This document shows, one piece after another, positions 60,401 through 64,000 of a stretch of DNA of 64,000 nucleotides. The notes under the pieces were generated by a model. That model was not told the origin of the DNA. It saw only the letters and a list, made by a program, of their open reading frames with translations, and searched no databases. Position 1 is the first letter of the stretch; every line of letters begins with the position of its first letter. This stretch comes from Eledone cirrhosa (Eukaryota). A program made the translations under genes and the position numbers. The stretch spans positions 31,620,001-31,684,000 of the forward strand of contig OZ024740.1 in the NCBI GenBank assembly GCA_964016885.1, read 5' to 3'.

Positions 60401-63400
60401 AGTACAACATATAACACTAATGTACAGACACAGTTGACTATATATGATATCAGTACAATATGTAACACTAGTGTACAGAGACAGTTGAATATATATGATA
60501 TCACTACAATATGTAAAACTAGTGTACAGACACAGTTGACTATATATGATATCAGTACAATATGTAACACTAGTGTACAGACACAGTTGACTATATATGA
60601 TATCAGTACAATATATAACACTAGTGTACAGACACAGTTGACTATATATGATATCAGTACAATATGTAACACTAGTGTACAGACACAGTTGACTATATAT
60701 GATATCAGTACAATATATAACTCTAATCTTCAGACACAGTTGACTATATATGATATCAGTACAATATATAACACTAATGTACAGACACAGTTGACTATAT
60801 ATGATATCAGTACAATATGTAACACTAGTGAACAGACACAGTTGACTATATATGATATCAGTACAATATATAACACTAGAGTACAGACACAGTTGACTAT
60901 ATCTGATATCAGTACAATATATAACACTAGTGTACAGACACAGTTGACTATATATGATATCAGTACAATATATAACACTAGTGAACAGACACAGTTGACT
61001 ATATATGATATCAGTACAATATATAACACTAGTGTACAGACACAGTTGACTATATATGATATCAGTACAATATATAACACTAATGTACAGACACAGTTGA
61101 CTATATATGATATCAGTACAACATATAACACTAGTGTACAGACACAGTTGACTATATATGATATCAGTACAATATGTAACACTAGTGTACAGACACAGTT
61201 GACCATATATGATATCAGTACAATATACAACACTAATGTACAGACACAGTTGACTATATATGATATCAGTACAATATATAACACTAGTGTACAGACACAG
61301 TTAACTATATATGATATCAGTACAATATGTAACACTAGTGTACAGACACAGTTGACCATATATGATATCAGTACAATATATAACACTAGTGTACAGACAC
61401 AGTTGACTATATATGATATCAGTACAATATATAACACTAGTGAACAGACACAGTTGACTATATATGATATCAGTACAATATATAACACTAGTGTACAGAC
61501 ACAGTTGACTATATATGATATCAGTACAATATATAACACTAATGTACAGACACAATTGACTATATATGATATCAGTACAATATGTAACACTAATGTACAG
61601 ACACAGTTGACTATATATGGTATCAGTACAATATGTAACACTAGTGTACAGACACAGTTGACTATATATGATATCAGTACAATATATAACACTAATGTAC
61701 AGACACATTTGACTATATATGATATCAGTACAATATGTAACACTAGTGTACAGACACAGTTGACTATATATGATATCAGTACAACATATAACACTAGTGT
61801 ACAGACACATTTGACTATATATGATATCAGTACAATATGTAACACTAGTGTACAGACACAGTTGACTATATATGATATGAGTACAATATATAACACTAGT
61901 GAACAGACACAGTTGACTATATATGATATCAGTACAATATATAACACTAGTGAACAGACACAGTTGACTATATATGATATCAGTACAATATATAACACTA
62001 GTGTACAGACACAGTTGACTATATATGATATCAGTACAATATATAACACTAATGTACAGACACAATTGACTATATATGATATCAGTACAACATATAACAC
62101 TAATGTACAGACACAGTTGACTATATATGATATCAGTACAATATGTAACACTAGTGTACAGACACAGTTGACTATATATGATATCAGTACAATATATAAC
62201 ACTAATGTACAGACACAGTTGATTATATATGATATCAATACAATATATAACACTAGTGTACAGACACAGTTGACTATATATGATATCAGTACAATATATC
62301 ACTAATGTACAGACACAGTTGACTATATATGATATCAGTACAATATATAACACTAGTGTACAGACACAGTTGATTATATATGATATCAGTACAATATGTA
62401 ACACTAATGTACAGACACAGTTGACTATATATGATATCAGTACAATATATCACTAATGTACAGACACAGTTGACTATATATGATATCAGTACAATATATA
62501 ACACTAGTGAACAGACACAGTTGACTATATATGATATCAGTACAATATATCACTAATGTACAGACACAGTTGACTATATATGATATCAGTACAATATATA
62601 ACACTAATGTACAGACACAGTTGACTATATATGATATCGGTACAATATATAACACTAATGTACAGACACAGTTGACTATATATGATATCAGTACAACATA
62701 TAACACTAGTGTACAGAAACAGTTGACTATATATGATATCAGTACAATATATAACACTAGTGAACAGACACAGTTGACTATATATGATATCAGTACAATA
62801 TATAACACTAGTGTACAGACACAGTTGACTATATATGATATCAGTACAATATATAACACTAGTGTACAGACACACACTTGATTATACATGATATCAGTAC
62901 AATATATAACACTAGTGAACAGACAGTTGACTATATATGATATCCGTACAATATATAACACTAATGTACAGACACAGTTGACTATATATGATATCAGTAC
63001 AATATATAACACTAATGTACAGATACAGTTGACTATATATGATATCAGTACAATATATAACACTAGTGTACAGACACAGTTGACTATATATGATATCAGT
63101 ACAATATATAACTCTAATGTTCAGACACAGTTGACTATATATGATATCAGTACAATATATAACACTAATGTACAGACACAGTTGACTATATATGATATCA
63201 GTACAATATGTAACACTAGTGAACAGACACAGTTGACTATATATGATATCAGTACAATATATAACACTAGAGTACAGACACAGTTGACTATATCTGATAT
63301 CAGTACAATATATAACACTAGTGTACAGACACAGTTGACTATATATGATATCAGTACAATATATAACACTAATGTACAGACACAGTTGACTATATATGAT

Positions 63401-64000
63401 ATCAGTACAACATATAACACTAGTGTACAGACACAGTTGACTATATATGATATCAGTACAATATGTAACACTAGTGTACAGACACAGTTGACCATATATG
63501 ATATCAGTACAATATACAACACTAATGTACAGACACAGTTGACTATATATGATATCAGTACAATATATAACACTAGTGTACAGACACAGTTAACTATATA
63601 TGATATCAGTACAATATGTAACACTAGTGTACAGACACAGTTGACCATATATGATATCAGTACAATATATAACACTAGTGTACAGACACAGTTGACTATA
63701 TATGATATCAGTACAATATATAACACTAGTGAACAGACACAGTTGACTATATATGATATCAGTACAATATATAACACTAGTGTACAGACACAGTTGACTA
63801 TATATGATATCAGTACAATATATAACACTAATGTACAGACACAATTGACTATATATGATATCAGTACAATATGTAACACTAATGTACAGACACAGTTGAC
63901 TATATATGGTATCAGTACAATATGTAACACTAGTGTACAGACACAGTTGACTATATATGATATCAGTACAATATATAACACTAATGTACAGACACATTTG
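12442..64000. repeat. 51-bp satellite DNA array, about 1,010 monomers, open at the right window edge
   Basis: Head-to-tail copies of ACACTAGTGTACAGACACAGTTGACTATATATGATATCAGTACAATATATA (15/51 GC), one orientation, mostly 0-3 substitutions per copy, few indels. I saw no interrupting sequence. Confidence 0.99.

Noticed and set aside
12394-63997. Giant ORFs (up to 5474 aa) as real protein-coding genes
   Set aside because: They are translations of a stop-free 17-codon monomer, overlap on both strands, have no unique N- or C-terminal domain, and are broken by sporadic stops and indels.
12442-64000. CRISPR array
   Set aside because: No unique spacers, no cas genes, and a spliceosomal-intron eukaryotic context.
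12442-64000. Tandem tRNA/5S/snRNA gene cluster or telomeric repeat
   Set aside because: The monomer has no Pol III boxes, no recognisable RNA fold and no TTAGGG-type motif.
12442-64000. Recursive splice sites in the satellite
   Set aside because: CAG and branch-like CTAAT occur, but with no polypyrimidine tract and no AG|GTAAG ratchet motif in the monomer.

Overview
Eukaryotic, AT-rich animal DNA. The SINE repertoire resembles what I recall from octopus/coleoid cephalopods, but this is an inference, not a database result. Positions 1-11.9 kb hold six GT-AG exons of a + strand ROCO-kinase gene; they splice in frame into about 200 aa of an LRRK2-type COR domain. Their introns are packed with SINEs, MITEs (TTAA, TA and hAT-like), a 1.4-kb non-autonomous Helitron and CR1/RTE LINE fragments. 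From about 12.44 kb to the window end lies one uninterrupted head-to-tail satellite of a 51-bp monomer (ACACTAGTGTACAGACACAGTTGACTATATATGATATCAGTACAATATATA, about 1,010 copies, over 51.5 kb). It apparently sits inside the next intron of that gene. A roughly 550-bp zone of degenerate proto-monomers, running out of a SINE remnant, precedes the array. The array shows nested multi-kb block duplications. The giant ORFs in the track are by-products of a 17-codon monomer that lacks stops in three frames; I do not call them genes.
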